Part shown: in pieces, positions 24,869-38,593 of the stretch
Layout of the letters: the number at the start of each line of letters is the position of its first letter
Position numbering within the stretch: the stretch's first letter is position 1
From: Lama glama
Taxonomy: Eukaryota
Direction: 5' to 3'
NCBI GenBank assembly: GCA_028534125.1
Contig: CM052832.1
Coordinates: forward strand, 19,966,001 to 20,030,000
DNA: 64,000 bases
Notes under the pieces: generated by a model
What the model was told of the DNA's origin: nothing
Database searches by the model: none
The model's input: only the letters and a program-made list of their open reading frames with translations
Program-made: the position numbers and the translations under genes

Positions 24869-25884
24869 CAGTCCTCAAAGGGCACATTCAAGTTTTAACT
24901 ACCATGGTATATTAACCACAAGTGACTGCATGAAGTACAAATTTTGCTGTTAGCTCTTCAGCCCACAAATCACTCATACATAAATAACAGATGAGCATCA
25001 CCAGCAGTTACCAATAACATCATTTCTTTCACAGTCTGTTGATGATTGGTCCTGTTGTTCAGTTCATGCACAAACAGCAAACCGTATAGTTGTGTTTCCT
25101 TCATATCTCTCAGTGCTAAAACCAGATGATATTGTACATAAATAGATACTTGAATTTAGAAATTTGTCAACAAAAATGAAAATTCAGTTAGGAAACAAAA
25201 CATGACATCACTGAGAGTGAAATTTGAATTGAACATAGAAGAAGTGCTAGAAGACAGCTAATCCCAGGGATGTTGATCTTGCAGCCCTAGACTCTAGACT
25301 GTAGATAAGCTGCCTAGACCCTAAATATGCTACCAGAGAAGCTGGATGAAGGCAAACCTATTGACATAAGTAAGAAAAGTGACTGTGATCAAAAGGATGA
25401 GGATGTTATAGAGCAAATGACACTGACATGAAACTTCACATAAAAGGAACTCTTCAGAGGTTTTTCATGTCTTTTAAAAGATAAAATGTTAAAAGCTGAT
25501 GAAGACTTAAAAATGGGTATGAAAATTCAATAAAACATAGAGGAGATAGTCACTCCTTCCTCCTTACTGTAATTTATCCTATGAGAAAAAAGCACGCACT
25601 GTTAAAATGACCTTTGATAAGCTGCTTACAAAGAACTAAAGCACTAATTTTCAATATTTCTAATGTGTGAAATTATGATGTACTAAACAAATATTAGTTT
25701 TACTGTTTCTTGTTCCTCTAAACATTTATAACTGACATTGCAGTTTTAATGTTTTGACACAATTTTTAGAGGAAACAGAACAACAGTATTTTTTTCCATT
25801 GCTTATTCTGATCACATTGCATGATTTCAGCTTGTACAGACGTTTCAACACAACCACACTCTTGTGCAAAATGAGAGCTACCTG
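24869..25884 (+). mobile_element. Tigger6-like TcMar-Tigger DNA transposon
   Basis: AATAACAGATGAGCATCA...GATTGGTC...CAGTTCATGCACAAACAGCAAA; decayed acidic transposase tail (GAAGGCAAACCTATTGACATAA...AAAAGGATGAGGATGT...AACTTCACATAAAAGGAACTC); CAG...CTG ends. Confidence 0.8.
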
Positions 25885-26367
25885 CACTTAAAAGTTTAAA
25901 AAATAAAAAAGTTGTAGTTCTGTCAATTCTGCCAAGATATTTACAATACTTAATATATCTTAGTGTCACATATACTTAATGGCACGCTGACTGATAAAAA
26001 TCTGGGGCTGCTTTGTTTTGAAGTAATTTTGTAGGTGTGTTCTTCATATTTGATGTTCCAGGGAATTCAAATCAAAAAGGTCACTGTCCAGGTGCTAAAA
26101 TCATCATCCTTGTGGAGAGTACAGTGCTCCCAGCATTTTTTGATCATTTTTATTGTAATAAATGAATGGCACTTTACTATGTAGTTTTCTTGTTTTGTTT
26201 TATTTTTAGAGTTAGAGTTATGTTAACTGTTTGTCCCTAAAGATTCTCCAGGTTTCATCTGTGAACAAAATCCCTCTTTCTTCCTACTGTGTCTTTTTTT
26301 AAAGCTATTTGTTGTGAAATAAAATATTCTAATGAATATATTGGGGTCAGTTAGGCATGTCTGATGT

Positions 26368-26452
26368 AATGAATATCCAATGAGTGCCTGTTAGGTGCCC
26401 TATTCAGAACTGGATCCTGGAGCTATAAAGACAAATAAGATGCAGTTCCTTA
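26368..26452 (-). mobile_element. L2 3' end fragment
   Basis: TGAGTGCCTGTTAGGTGCC...CTGGAGCTATAAAGACAAATAAGATGCAGTTCCT. Confidence 0.6.
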
Positions 26453-26859
26453 TATGATGTGGGGGAGTATTTTTTCTGCAAGATAAGTTAACACATATCC
26501 TGCTTTAGGTCAGGAAAAAGAAACTCCCCTCCACTGGTCATTTCTTATACTGAATAAACTTTCAGTCTGTGGTGGCTTTCCATGTTAATAAAGCTTGTAT
26601 ATACGGGGGCTATTTTTATGATCATTTGGATCTGTCTAATTTTAGTTTGACTTCTTATTTAAATAAAGTGGGATGAGCAGAGTAAAGGAGTGATGGGAGT
26701 GTGGTGAATTTAATCAGAAGGATTTCTCCTCGAGGATGATTTAGAAGAGTTCCATGAAATCCAGTTATACCTAGCTTTGAGAAATAAAAATATATTTCAG
26801 AGGAAAGGCCATCTGAAGTAATTATGCTGTTTTCTCTGCCTTTGCCTTCTTGTTGAAGA

Positions 26860-27106
26860 ATAGCATGCTGGTTAGCAGCTGAATCTCCTAGGACTTACAG
26901 GTTTTTAATTCTGGTCCTATCCTTTCTTACTGAATGGTTTCAGCTAACTTTTTTACTTGCTTCTGTTTCCTTGTTTTTAAAAAATAAGATATAATAGTAT
27001 TATCCATATAGTCATTTTGAAAATTAAATAAGATAAAAAATACAGAACTTTTGACACAGTACCTGGTATATTTTAGGTGTTAGAAACATAATAGATGCCA
27101 TTATTA
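26860..27106 (+). mobile_element. MIR SINE
   Basis: TCTGTTTCCTTGTTTTTAAAA...ATAATAGTA...AAATTAAATAAGATAA...ACACAGTACCTGGTATA. Confidence 0.7.
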
Positions 27107-28844
27107 GTCTCTTTAAATACATACACAGAAATGCACAGCACAGCTATGCACACACATATGCAAACACACTCAACCCAAGTAGACAGTATCTTGAGAGTCT
27201 GAACTCATTATATTCTTTAAGGCCTCTTTTAAGAGGAGACCAAAGATGATCAGAAATAAATGAACATTAGTGATTAACTTACGTTGGGTATCTTGGGGTG
27301 AATTATGCAAGCCATCACTCAAAAAAATGAAAACAAAATTTTTATTCTTCCTTTATCCAGCTTTCCATTTGGCGAAATTCAGTTTGATTGTTTTTTACTT
27401 GAACATTCACTTCCTCTGGTACCATAATTAATGGCAAAGAAATGTTTATGGCTTACCTTTTATTCATCAGGAAAAAAAAGATGACTGGAATAGAATGAGT
27501 AAATACAGATTTATTTCTGACAATAGTAGTTTAGGTAGAAAAGTTATATGCTAAGTATTCCTTCCCTGTGAAAGTTATACAAATATAACTGAATTTGTTT
27601 GATAGATTCAGGTTAAGTGAATGTGATATAAATATTTATAAAACACAATTGTATTATATACATAATTTATATATTTATACACATACATATTCCATATATA
27701 TATAATGGAAAATGTACTGAGGAATAAATTTTGTGCATAAATCATGCTATGAGGTTTAAGTACCTTCTTCACAAAAAATTAAAAATAAGGACCAGAAAGT
27801 ATCCCTCAAGAATCAGAGCTAAACAAACCTAAGTTGTGCCTCTAGGATTATTGAAAGTATTTAGTTTATGAGAAGAGTTGGAACATTACAGCTACTAAAT
27901 TATATACAAATATGATCATCCTTATAATGATCAACAAAACCTTAACCCTGATACAATTTTATAGTGTTACTATCTTGTATGGTCCAAGGAAATACACCAA
28001 GTGTTATCTTAACTTTCTCTCCTTGTATTAATCAAGGGTTGATGACCATGACTTAAGGCCTGAAAATACTGTGGTTGAAAGCCTTGGCATAGGGAAAGCC
28101 AAGGCGTATGTGCACAGGGTTATTTATCATGCTGTCACAGACCCCTAGGGAAGTGCAGTTCCAACCAATTTATTACAATGTTGTTTTCATTTTTACTGGG
28201 CGCGGGAAGGACTGACACAGGGGCCATCGCACTGTGATCTGCACTAGAGCAGTAGTAGTGACAATGCTACTTGGCTTGCACATTTTTTATGGCATCTGCT
28301 TTTTCCTGACTCTGCTCTCTTTCCCATAACATTTAAGAGCATTCATTAAACTCAGTAGAAGCCCAGGACTGTGTACGTGTGGTGAGGACAGAGAGTAGAA
28401 GGTGAGGAGGTTGGAACCAATGAATGCTACCCAGAACTCTATGCAGGGTACTTGCAAATGTGACTTATTTGAGCCCCTAATGCCTTATGTAGGGCAATTC
28501 AATAAACGAGACCTCCAAATGCTGTCTCTCTACCAAGATGTAAGATGGCTAAATGTGATACTGAACTACAGAAATCACTAACTCTCTCTTTCTAATATAA
28601 AGCACACAAAAAACAGAATTCAGGGTAGTGAAAAGTGTTGGGTTGAAAGTCACAAAGCTGAAGGAAGTGAAGAATTTGTTTTAATCTTCTGCAAACTTGA
28701 TATATGTGACTCCCCATTTCTTTTTCTCTCACATGGTCAGAAAGTAGCTCATTTCAAATATTCATTTATGATAATTCCTCCTTGAAATAATTGCAAACCA
28801 GGAATCAGTTAATCAGTTGCTACAAGTTGTGGATATTTCCTGAG

Positions 28845-28847
<3 letters not shown>

Positions 28848-28877
<30 letters not shown>
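28848..28877. repeat. (GT)n microsatellite
   Basis: Directly visible. Confidence 0.95.
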
Positions 28878-28880
<3 letters not shown>

Positions 28881-29129
28881 GGCAACATCAAAGAGAAATG
28901 CATGCTGAATTTTGAGCTCAGCTGTATGAAGAAAGCAAAACACAGTAACATCCTTTATCCCCAAAGTATGGTATATACCTTATGTCAGTGCTTTCTCTCT
29001 TTACTACCCATGCACCGTTACAGACTTTATCCAAATGAGTGAGCATTTGCATGGGAGAGTGACGTTTTTGTGCATCAAATATTCATCTTCTAAGAACTTG
29101 AAAAACTATTAATAATACATGTTGTGCGA

Positions 29130-29320
29130 ATATAAGATATATTTATACATTTAGAAGTTGTTTTCACATCTGCTATTCTATTTAATCTGTCCAAAATGCC
29201 TTGAAACTTAATAAGGGAGCTTATCTTTTAACAGCTAAAAGTAACTGAGAACAGAGAAGTTAAATGACCACTTCAAGTTACTACTTAATTAGCCACAGTC
29301 ACAACTAGTACCCAGGATTA
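29130..29320 (-). mobile_element. MIR SINE
   Basis: TTTTCACATCTGCTATTCTATTTAATC...AACTGAGAACAGAGAAGTTAAATGAC...AACTAGTACCCAGG. Confidence 0.65.
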
Positions 29321-29465
29321 ACATTACTAAATTGCATATTGTGCAGATATTGTAACAGGAAATTAGATCTGTACAGACTTTAGTTTCTTTTCTAACATTT
29401 CTAAATCAAATATGTTAGCAGAGACAGAGACCTAAGACGGGAACAGAAAACCATCCTGCTAAGAT

Positions 29466-29778
29466 TATGTTGTCTAAGATGGTAACCCATGGTCACATGT
29501 TCCTTTTGAGCACTTAAAATGGGTTAAACCAAATTAAGATGTGTTGTAAGGATAAAATACACACCAAATTTGAAAAACTTAGTACAAAAAAATGTAAAAT
29601 ATCTTGTTAATAATTTTATATTGATTACATGTTGAAACAATTTGTGTTGGACATATCGAGTTAAATAAAACATATCACTAAATTTAATTTTATTTGTTTT
29701 GTTTGAACTTTTTATGTGGATATTTGAAATTTTAAGTTGTACCTGTGGCTCACAATATATTTCTATTGTATCATACTG
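29466..29778 (-). mobile_element. MER33 hAT-Charlie element
   Basis: CACATG...TTGAGCACTTAAAATG...AAATACACACCAAATTTGAAAAACTTAGTAC...ATATTGATTACATGTTGAAA...TGTGGCTCACAATATATTTCTATTG. Confidence 0.85.
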
Positions 29779-31240
29779 ATGCAGTTGATTTCCAAATATT
29801 TGGAAATTAAGCAAAATTACTTCTAAATAAATTTATGGTCAGGAAAGAAATCACAAGAAATATTCAGAACTATTTCAAGTAGAATGAGTATGATAATACA
29901 ACATACCTAAAATTGTAGAACAATAAGAAAAAATTCTTTGAAAGAAATTTATAGAAAAGAAGAAAAATGTAAAAACAAATATCTCAGTTTCTATTTTAAG
30001 AGGTGAGAAATGATACCAATTTTAGGAGGAGATAGGAAAACTTCCCAACTCATTTTTGTGAGATTTGCGTAACTGTGAAACAAAGCCTGACAACAACAAT
30101 TCAGCAAAGAAAAGAATTTCAGAGTTTCAGATCAGAAACTCTCATAATACAGATGCAAAATTCTGTAAGAAATGACAGCAAATAAAATCTACCAATACAG
30201 GAAAAAAAAATAATGTATCATTTTCAGGGTGTGTTTACCCCAGAAATACATGACTTGTTCAAGATTAGAAAAATAAATTGATGTAATTTGCCATATGAGA
30301 CTAGAAGGGAAAAGTACTATGATTATCTCAATTGATGCTTTAAAAAGCCCTTGATAAAATCCAACACCCATTGATAATAAAATCTCTCAGCAAATTCCAA
30401 AATTAGGAAAACTTCCTTAATAGAATGAAAGGACACCTATGAAAAACCTACAGCTAACTTTGTAATAGTGAAATATCAAAGTGTTTTCCCGAATTTGGTA
30501 ATAAGAATGGATGTTTATTCTTAGACTTAAATAATGGAGAGAAATACTATATCCATGGATCTGTAGATGCAGTACTTTCAATATACCCTTTCTCCCCACA
30601 TTTCTTTATAGAAGCAATGCAATCTGAATCAAAATTTCAACATGATTTTGGTAGAAATTGACAAGCTGATTCTAAAATGTACATCAAAATGTAAACAAAC
30701 TAGAATAACTAGGACAATTTTTCACACCTGATTTCAAAACTTACTGCAATGCTGCAATAATCAGGAGAGTGTTGTGATGGAGTTAGCATAGACATAGACA
30801 AATAGATAAATGTGACTGACCTTCATATCACAAACAGACCTACAGAGCTAAATTATGGCCATACACCAATTCAATTTAGTGGGGCTATCTTTTAACAAAC
30901 AATACTGAAACAACTAAAGACAAGGACTATGACCACTGTATCACATGATACACTAATTAATTCGAGAAGAATTATAAACTTAACCATAAAAGCTGGAATA
31001 ATAAAGCTCCTAGAAATATAGGAGAATATCCTTACAATCTTGGAGTAAGTAAATATTTTTATAGGAGGCAAAAAGTACAAAAATGAAAGGGGCATATAAG
31101 GAAAAATGATAAAGTGAACTTCATCAAAATCAAAGTTGTCTACTCACCAAAAGAGGCTACAGTTTAGGAAAAATTGTGTCTGTATGTCCAGAAAATACAA
31201 AAAAAACTCCTACAGATCAATAATAAGAAAACAAGTTACT

Positions 31241-31597
31241 TGTGTCAGGCAGAATAATAGGCATCTAGTTCCCCCCAAAAGATATCCACCTCGTAATTTC
31301 TGGAGCCTGTGTATACATTACTTTGCATGGCAAAAGGAATTTTCAGGTGTGATTAAATCAAGCATTTTGAGATGAAGAGATTATTCTGGGTTATCTGGGC
31401 AAGCTCAATCTAATCACCCAGGTTCTTGAAATCAGAGAATCTTTTCAGTACTGAGTTCAGAGAGAAAGGGAGATGTGACTTCAAAGAATGGTTAGAGGGA
31501 TCGAACATTCCTGCCTTTGAAGATGGAGGAAACTTGTATTGTTTTAAGCCACTAAGCTTGTGGTAATTTGTTACAGCAGCAATAGAAAAGTAATACA
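31241..31597 (+). mobile_element. MLT1D-like MaLR solo LTR, internally deleted
   Basis: TGTGTCAGGCAGAATAAT...CCCCCAAAAGATATCCAC...CATGGCAAAAGGAATTTT...TTTAAGCCACTAAGCTTGTGGTAATTTGTTACAGCAGCAATAGAAAAGTAATACA. Confidence 0.9.
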
Positions 31598-31797
31598 CAA
31601 CCCACATAAAATTGCACAAAGACTTGAACAGATAATGAGGCAAAAGATAAAGGAATGACCTAATAAGCATCTACGAAGATGCTTGACTTTGTTATTCTTT
31701 AGGGAAATGCAAACTAATCCCAGAACGAGATATCATTCTAAGACCACTAGAATGAGTGTTGTTACAAAATGAAATCAAACTTAATATACAATATCTA

Positions 31798-32157
31798 TGT
31801 TATGGATTAAATATTCATGTTCCACCAAAATGTCTATGTTGAAGCCCCAATCCCTAGTGTGATGATATTTCGAGGTGGAACCTAAAGGAGGTAATTAGGT
31901 CATGAAGGTGGAGCCCTCATGAATGGGATTAGTGCCCTTATAAGAAAAGACAGGAAACTGACAACTTCTCTTTCTGCCATGTGAGGACATAGCAAGAAGG
32001 TGACAGTCTGCAAACCAGGAAGAGAGTCCTCACCATAAGTTAAATCAGCTGGCTCCTTGATCTTGGACTCCCTAGCCTCCAGAACTGTGAGAAATAAATG
32101 TTTGTTGTTTAATCCTCCCAGTCTATTGTATTTTCTATAGCAGCCTGCACTAAAATA
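31798..32157 (+). mobile_element. MLT1A-like MaLR solo LTR
   Basis: TGTTATGGATTAAAT...GGTGGAGCCCTCATGAATGGGATTAGTGCCCTTATAAG...CCTCCAGAACTGTGAGAAATAAATG...TATAGCAGCC. Confidence 0.9.
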
Positions 32158-32734
32158 ATTGGCAAGAATGTAGAGCAGCTAGTAGGACTATAAAGTGGCA
32201 CCATCACGTGTAGAACTGTTCACATCTCCACAAGGAGACTTGTACAGGATTTTCATAGCAACTTTATTCACTAATTCCTAAAAACTGGAATATGCAATGC
32301 CATGAATGAGGGAATAAACAAACAAATCATGGCATATTCCAACCAAAAATACATTACCCAACAAGAAAAAGAAATGTACAACTGATAAAAATAACAACAG
32401 GATAAACTTCAAGAACATGTTGCGTGAAAACATCATACAATGAAATATATAATTTTATTACATATATTGTTATAAATCAGACTAACTTAAACTTGAGTTA
32501 AATTAATCTCTCGATTCAATGTGATAGAAATTAGAGAGTGGTTGCCTTGAGTTTGAGAGAATTGATGAGAAAGAGACTTGAGGAAATTTTTAAGATGATG
32601 ATACCTATCATTTCTTGTTTAGAGTGATGGTTTTATTGGCAGATAAAACAGCCAACGCTACTTGAACTTAAGATCTGTACATTTCATTTTGTATCAATCA
32701 CACTTTAATACTCTAGTCTTGCACAGGTATATTT

Positions 32735-33128
32735 GGACTGCACATTGCTTCACTCCTCTGCTGTATCCCTTTCACTCTCTGCCCTGTGGCTCCTCTGAAA
32801 TGAGGAGGTGGGACCCTGTGGGAACTTGCTCTGTTCTTAACAGGTGCAATGCAGGAGTGGGTGCCATTTGAGCATCATTGTCCTCGGGGCAGTAGGCTTT
32901 CATTCTCCGGGCACAGAGACCTAAGATCCATGCTGGTAGTGTCCTCAGAAGTTCCTGTTGAGATTGGGTAACTAATGCAGAAACTCACCCATGTGTTGTT
33001 GTTTTTGCCTGCTATTTATTTTATCTTACTCTCTGCACCCTTGCTCCCTTAGAACACATTCCTACATAAAATAAATGAATATAAGAATCTGACTCTCCCG
33101 CTGCTAGGGGAAAAGCCAGGCTAAGATG
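32735..33128 (+). mobile_element. ERVL LTR16-family solo LTR
   Basis: Central ACAGGTGCAA..CAGGAGTG motif; 3' end AATAAA...CTGCTAGGGGAAAAGCCAGGCTAAGA. Confidence 0.55.
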
Positions 33129-33946
33129 TCATTATATTAAATGTATCTCTTTCTTTCTGGTAATATGTATATATTTTTTCTTAATACTCTTTCTTTGGCT
33201 CTGGTATTTTTAATAAAGTGATTGCCCTTATAGTATAATATTTATGTATAATAACTTGATTAAAACTTTCATATGTCTTTCAGCATATATAATATTAACA
33301 GTTATAATCACTAACTAATATTAATAGTTATAATCACTAACAGTTTTTTAAAGGTCAAATTTGATTCAGCATGCTTTATATTTTAGCTTGCTAGAGTAAC
33401 AGCAGAAATGTTTGTTCTGTCAAATGGCATTCCTTTAATACCAGCAGATAGCTCATATTACATTATATTGTTTAGGTCCTGATTTGTTATTATAGATAAC
33501 TTGAATATTCTTCTCATATTTCCATATTAAAATCAGTAGTACAATTTACACCTTCAGATACTTTAGCTATAATAGTTATCAATTTAATACGCAAGAGATT
33601 TAAAGTTGAAAGCTTCTTCATGGCTAAAATTTACTTGACACAAAACACGTTCAAATAATGTTCAATTCCTTCAGGCCAGGCTGGTGTAATGCCAGTTTTG
33701 TGAAGTAGCTCAGTGTTTACATTTTTGTCTCTCTATGAACATTTATTTCCCTGAGATGTCAACCCCCCCCCCCCACTGAGGACAACTCCCATTCTGCTGG
33801 GGTTAATATTTCCCCACTGTTGTGTATTTTAAAGAAGGATGGTTTTGGAATATGAGAAAGAGAAATTGGTTCTCTGCCCCACCACCTGCCAGATACGGAT
33901 CTGTTAGGTAAATCTCTTAAATACTATGGACTTTAGTTTCCTCAAT

Positions 33947-34630
33947 GAAGCAGATTGTGTCTCCTAAAAATGTCACGGCAATATTTCTGGTCCTGCTCCT
34001 CCAGAAACTTGCTACTCCCTTTCAATAGGTGAAAAGTCCTTTCACCTTCCCCTTGTCGAAACTGGGCAAGTTTCTGACTTTTCCAATAAGTACAGCATGG
34101 TACAAATAACAATACAGGACTTCCACGGCTAGATTCAAAAGGGCAATACAACTTCCTCTTGGCTCTCTGTCCTTCTCTTGGAATGCTTGCCCTTGGAATC
34201 CAGCCATCATGCTGATAGGAAGCCCAGACTAGTTCACTTAGAGAAGTCAAATGGAGAGGCCCACGGGGAGAAGAACTCAGGCTCCTAGCCCACATTCAAA
34301 ATTAACAGCCAGATATTGAGTGAATGAGCCTTCTGCTGATTCAACTCCAGCCTTCGAGTCTTCCAGTGAGGCCCCACAACACATCACGGAGCAGAGGAAG
34401 TTATCACTGCTGCATCTTACCTGAACTCTTGAACCACAAATCCATGAGCATAAGAAATGGTTACTTTATGTCATTAAATTTGGGGATACTTTGTTATGCA
34501 GCCACAGTAACAGGAAGAGATTTGGGCACAGGCAAGTACTGAGAGGTCTGCCATTACAAAACCTAAAAGTGTGGCCACGGTTTGGGAACCAAATGGCATC
34601 CTGAAGTTAGAAGGACCTTGGAGAGTCTCC
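33947..34630 (+). mobile_element. MLT1G/H-like MaLR LTR (to about 34519) plus the start of the internal region
   Basis: GCAGATTGTGTCTCCTAAAAATG...CTTGGAATCCAGCCATCATGCTG..AGGAAGCCCA...TTTGTTATGCAGCCACAGTAACAGGAA, then GATTTGGGCAC...TGCCATTACAAAACCTAAAAGTGTGG (MLT-int start). Confidence 0.85.
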
Positions 34631-37600
34631 CTGGTCTTTTCCTACTCATAGCCCAGAATAATAACCAAGAACTAATAAGAGTCCTGGTTGTGATCATGTC
34701 TTGAAGTGCTTCCTGATTTGATGGGGAATAAGAAAATGGAAGTTGGACATTCTGTAATGGTTACTGGGAGAAATAGAATTCTCACTGACAGCATTAGTGC
34801 TAGGTTCCCACTTTGATGTAGTCCCCATTCTGCTGTTCCCTGATTTGTCTGCTTTTGGTACAGAGGTGTAGTATCCAGCAAAGACGAGAGAAATGATATT
34901 AATTCTCTAAACTAATCTTTATTTTGGAAAAAATGAACATGATCTTTTGAATGTTTTCTCAAATGAAAAGAGATCTCTCCCTATAGCTGATTCTACCACT
35001 TTCCCAATAAATATTTTCATCTCGCTAAAGCCTCTTTTGTTCACTCATCCTTTAAGCAAATCTACTTTAATCCTAGAGTTTATAGTGAAAAAGTAGCTGA
35101 CAGGGATATAATATAATTTATCAGCTTTACCAGTTTCTGCAGTTTTAAATATTTCATTTTTCTTTCTATCTTAGTAGTACTCAGCTTGACTGTTCCATCT
35201 CTAAAAGTTGAAGAAGCAACGGATACAAAATTCCCATAAGATTCTTAGTTTCTGGACCCTAGCCTGGTGAAAAGGTTAGCTGAAAGGGACATTATTACGA
35301 TGTTAGCAATAACTCAATTTTGTAAGCACTGTCTCTTTTTTTCTTGCCCTCTTCTGTTTCAATTTTTTTTCCATCCTTTTCTCTGTCCCCAAAGTAAAAA
35401 ATGCAATTGCCAAACTGAGGACTGGGAAAGATAATATGGCTTAAGAAGCACCCAAAGGCCTCCTGTTTTCCAAATAAACACAGCGACAGCTGTCTAGAGA
35501 GATTTATCATTGCACGTGGTAAAAACCCCTTTGGCTGACTTATTTATTTATTTATTTGTTTGTTTGTTTGTTTGTTTATTTGTATTATGCCTACCTCACC
35601 CCCTTATCCTCTTCTTTACACTCTGTGGCTGCTGGTTCCTGTTTATCATTTATTTAGGGGGTACATTTTCATCCATTCCACAAAGGTGACACCACATCTA
35701 TTTCCAGTGACAGTTTCTAAATAGGCTAGTCTAGCCTGATTAAGTGAGTAGGGAGTTTCTTTTCTTTTTCCTTAAAAAATAATTATTCACATAGACTAGC
35801 AGGTAGGTGGGCGTCGGAACATATTAGTCTTCCTTGTCACAGTTAAAATTTAGTTAACGTTCAAAGCCTTATTGATTGGGGAAATTCTATATTTCCGAAA
35901 AATCTTTGCTTAATTGTCTGAAAAGTGGCAGTTGCCTTTACCAAGGCAATTATTCAGTAAACAAATGTCACAATAAGCTATTTGGAGATTTATAATCTTA
36001 CCGCAAGAGATTATTGGCCAATTTATGACCAGTAACATGTGAATAAGTCAAGTGAAGGTTCAGAATTAACAGGGTACATATTTTGGCAAATTAGTTATCT
36101 TCGTTCAGGCAGATTTGAAGAGCATAATAGTCATGATGACAAAGAGTATGATAGTAATAATTGCTTAAGCCCCTAAAACTGGAATGTAAGACCTTCCTCC
36201 TTACATGGAATTGTATAATTTAGTTAACAATGCTAAGAAAGCAAAATTAAAAGACAGCCTTACCTTCTGTGCATTTAATGGTTAAACTTCTATTCTAAAA
36301 AATATCAATATTAAAATAATGGAAATTATCAGCTGGAGAATGGGTGCATCTTTCATGATGTCAGATGGTTCTACCTGGTTAGTTTCCTCTGTACTGGGAA
36401 CAGTAGTAACTTGGACAAAGGCTGCTGTTTAGGGCCATTGGCCTCTTGGCTCTCCATCACGCCTGGGGAGAATCATGTAATCTGCATCACTGGATATATC
36501 ACTACTATAGTTCAAAGAGATTATTTTGTTTGTTGGAATTGTTTGCTTTTACTTTTCCACCCTAAATAATTGATTGTTATAGAAGACAGTCCAAGATGCC
36601 TCTCTCAAGCCTCTCAATCCGAAGTATCTAAAAACTCATGAAGTCACACTCAGTTTAAAGGCCTGTTTTCAAAGGAGGAAGTGAAATTAAAATCAATAGT
36701 AGTGGACTTGCTTACATAGCTCCCATCCTGATGCTGTGTGTCAGGCAGTGTACACTGCAGTGCCCTTGGCAACCCAGATCTCTTCACAGGCTCTGGTGGG
36801 GCTGTAGAATTGGATGTGACAGAAACAGGTCTTTTTTTTCCAGTTTACATGCCCTGTTTGGCTGATATCTCCCAAACATGGTACTGCAGTAGTATAGCTG
36901 AGACCTGCGTTGGTACCAGTTTCAGACACACACTGTTACCAAGTTTAACCATGAAATTCCAGAGCCTGGTGGAAAACCCAGATAGCTCTGCTCTCCTCAC
37001 AGTGAGTTCTTCTCTGGGAACTTCATTGTTCTTTCCTGCCCCCAGATTTCAGTCATGGCCACCCAGAAGCATTCACTAAATCTCAGGCTCAGTTTTGAAG
37101 CTTCCCTCCCAGAAAATCCCCTGACTCCAAATAGAATAATTACCTTGTACCTGCTGAGAGCTATGCCAACTAAGGAGAGTTAGGAATGATAACATTGGCT
37201 AAACTATACAGTTTCATGAGGGCAAATGATGCTTTCCAGATTTGCATCAATTAAAAAGGATCATTCAGGAGGCTTAGAATGAATCAGAGAAGTCTTGCGC
37301 ACAGATGACCTTCTGTCTGTAAAGCTAAAGAGACAAGCATTGGCAGGATTTTGAAAGCTTTCCTTGTGAGACCTATTTTACTGGCCTAGTGAAGTTTATT
37401 TCATTATTTTATTTTACTATCAAGAGCCTAACTATGTGATTTAGACAGATGCTCCTCTTCTTATAGACTCTAACTTCATAAATTAAAAAACAAATCAATA
37501 TATAAGACTATGGTATATAACTACACATACAGTAAATACCATGTGAACCAAAGATAAAAGTAAATACTTAGAAAAAGAAAAAATTTTAAGTACACTAAAT

Positions 37601-38198
37601 GTTAGTAGCAACCACTTAGTTGTGAGACAATATACAGCTAATTAATCCTCTTTATTATCATTCTCAGAAATGAATGTATATTATTTTTGTATTAGAGAAA
37701 AATACTAATAATTTGGAAATCAACACACAAGAGGATAATTGTGATTTCTCTTTATTGTTTTCAAAAGTAAGAAATTACATGGCCTAAAATATAGAACTGT
37801 AGATTTTTTTGTATGGCTCCCTGGTGTTACTGTTTTAGGAGCCTAATCTCTGAAAATAGATGAAAATTTTTATTTTAATGGGAAAAAAATGTAGTTGCTC
37901 TCCCCACAATTCTCAAATATTCTTAGCTTATATTTACCTTCAGATATGAATATGTCATCCATTAATTTTATGTCAAACGTCTAAAATTTATATTTTCAGC
38001 CTATAGGTCTTTAGATGCAAACATGTCCCAGGTTTTTTACTCACAACTATGTATAATTTTACAGACCCTAAAATTACCTCCTTTGCTGTGTCCCAAATGT
38101 TTTTAGTATTTTTGGATTTGGTAGCTTCCATAATGTTTTGTGCTGCTCGTATAATTTCACTTCATCTTTGACTTTCCAAAATGAAAAGCGTCATTTTC

Positions 38199-38593
38199 TG
38201 TAGAATAGATAAACAAGATTATACTGTGTAACACAGGGAAATATATATAAGATCTTATGGTAGCTCACAGAGAAAAAAATGTGACAATGAATATATATAT
38301 ATATATATGTTTATGTATAACTGAAAAATTGTGCTCTACACTGGAATTTGACACAACATTGTAAAATGATTACAACTCAATAAAAATGTTTTTTAAAAAA
38401 GCAACATAATTATAATTAGCAGTAAAAAAATAATAATTCTAAAACGATGTGGACTCTTCTAGCTTGACTGATAACAGCAGAGAAAGCTGTTAGAGGGAGG
38501 AAAGCTTTCTTGCTTTTGGATCGTTACGTACAATGTAAAAAGATGTATGACTCCAATAAACACAGGAAAAAGAATTCACAAAAAAAAAAAGAA
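38199..38593 (+). mobile_element. Young camelid-type L1 3' end (38199-38400) with 3'-transduced sequence and a second poly(A)
   Basis: L1 3' UTR ...GACACAACATTGTAAAATGATTACAACTCAATAAA; unrelated sequence 38401-38579; second AATAAA at 38555-38560; poly(A) at 38580-38590; TSD GAAAAG(C/T)GTCATTTTC at 38183-38198 and 38594-38609. Confidence 0.85.

Larger units (their letters stand above)
29795..32720 (+). mobile_element. Ancient L1 (L1ME/L1M5-like) ORF2 and 3' UTR remnant, interrupted by two MaLR LTRs
   Basis: Colinear decayed ORF2 motifs (GGAAATTAAGCAA..CTTCTAAATAA, ATACAGATGCAAAATTCT, GATAAAATCCAACACCCATT, GAAATTGACAAGCTGATTCTAAAAT, AGGGAAATGCAAA) and 3' UTR (CATAGCAACTTTATTC, AGAGTGGTTGCCTT, ACTTAAGATCTGTACATTTCATT). 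Confidence 0.85.

Noticed and set aside
33290..33341. 26-bp tandem duplication TAATATTAA(C/T)AGTTATAATCACTAAC
   Set aside because: Simple slippage duplication with no other signal.
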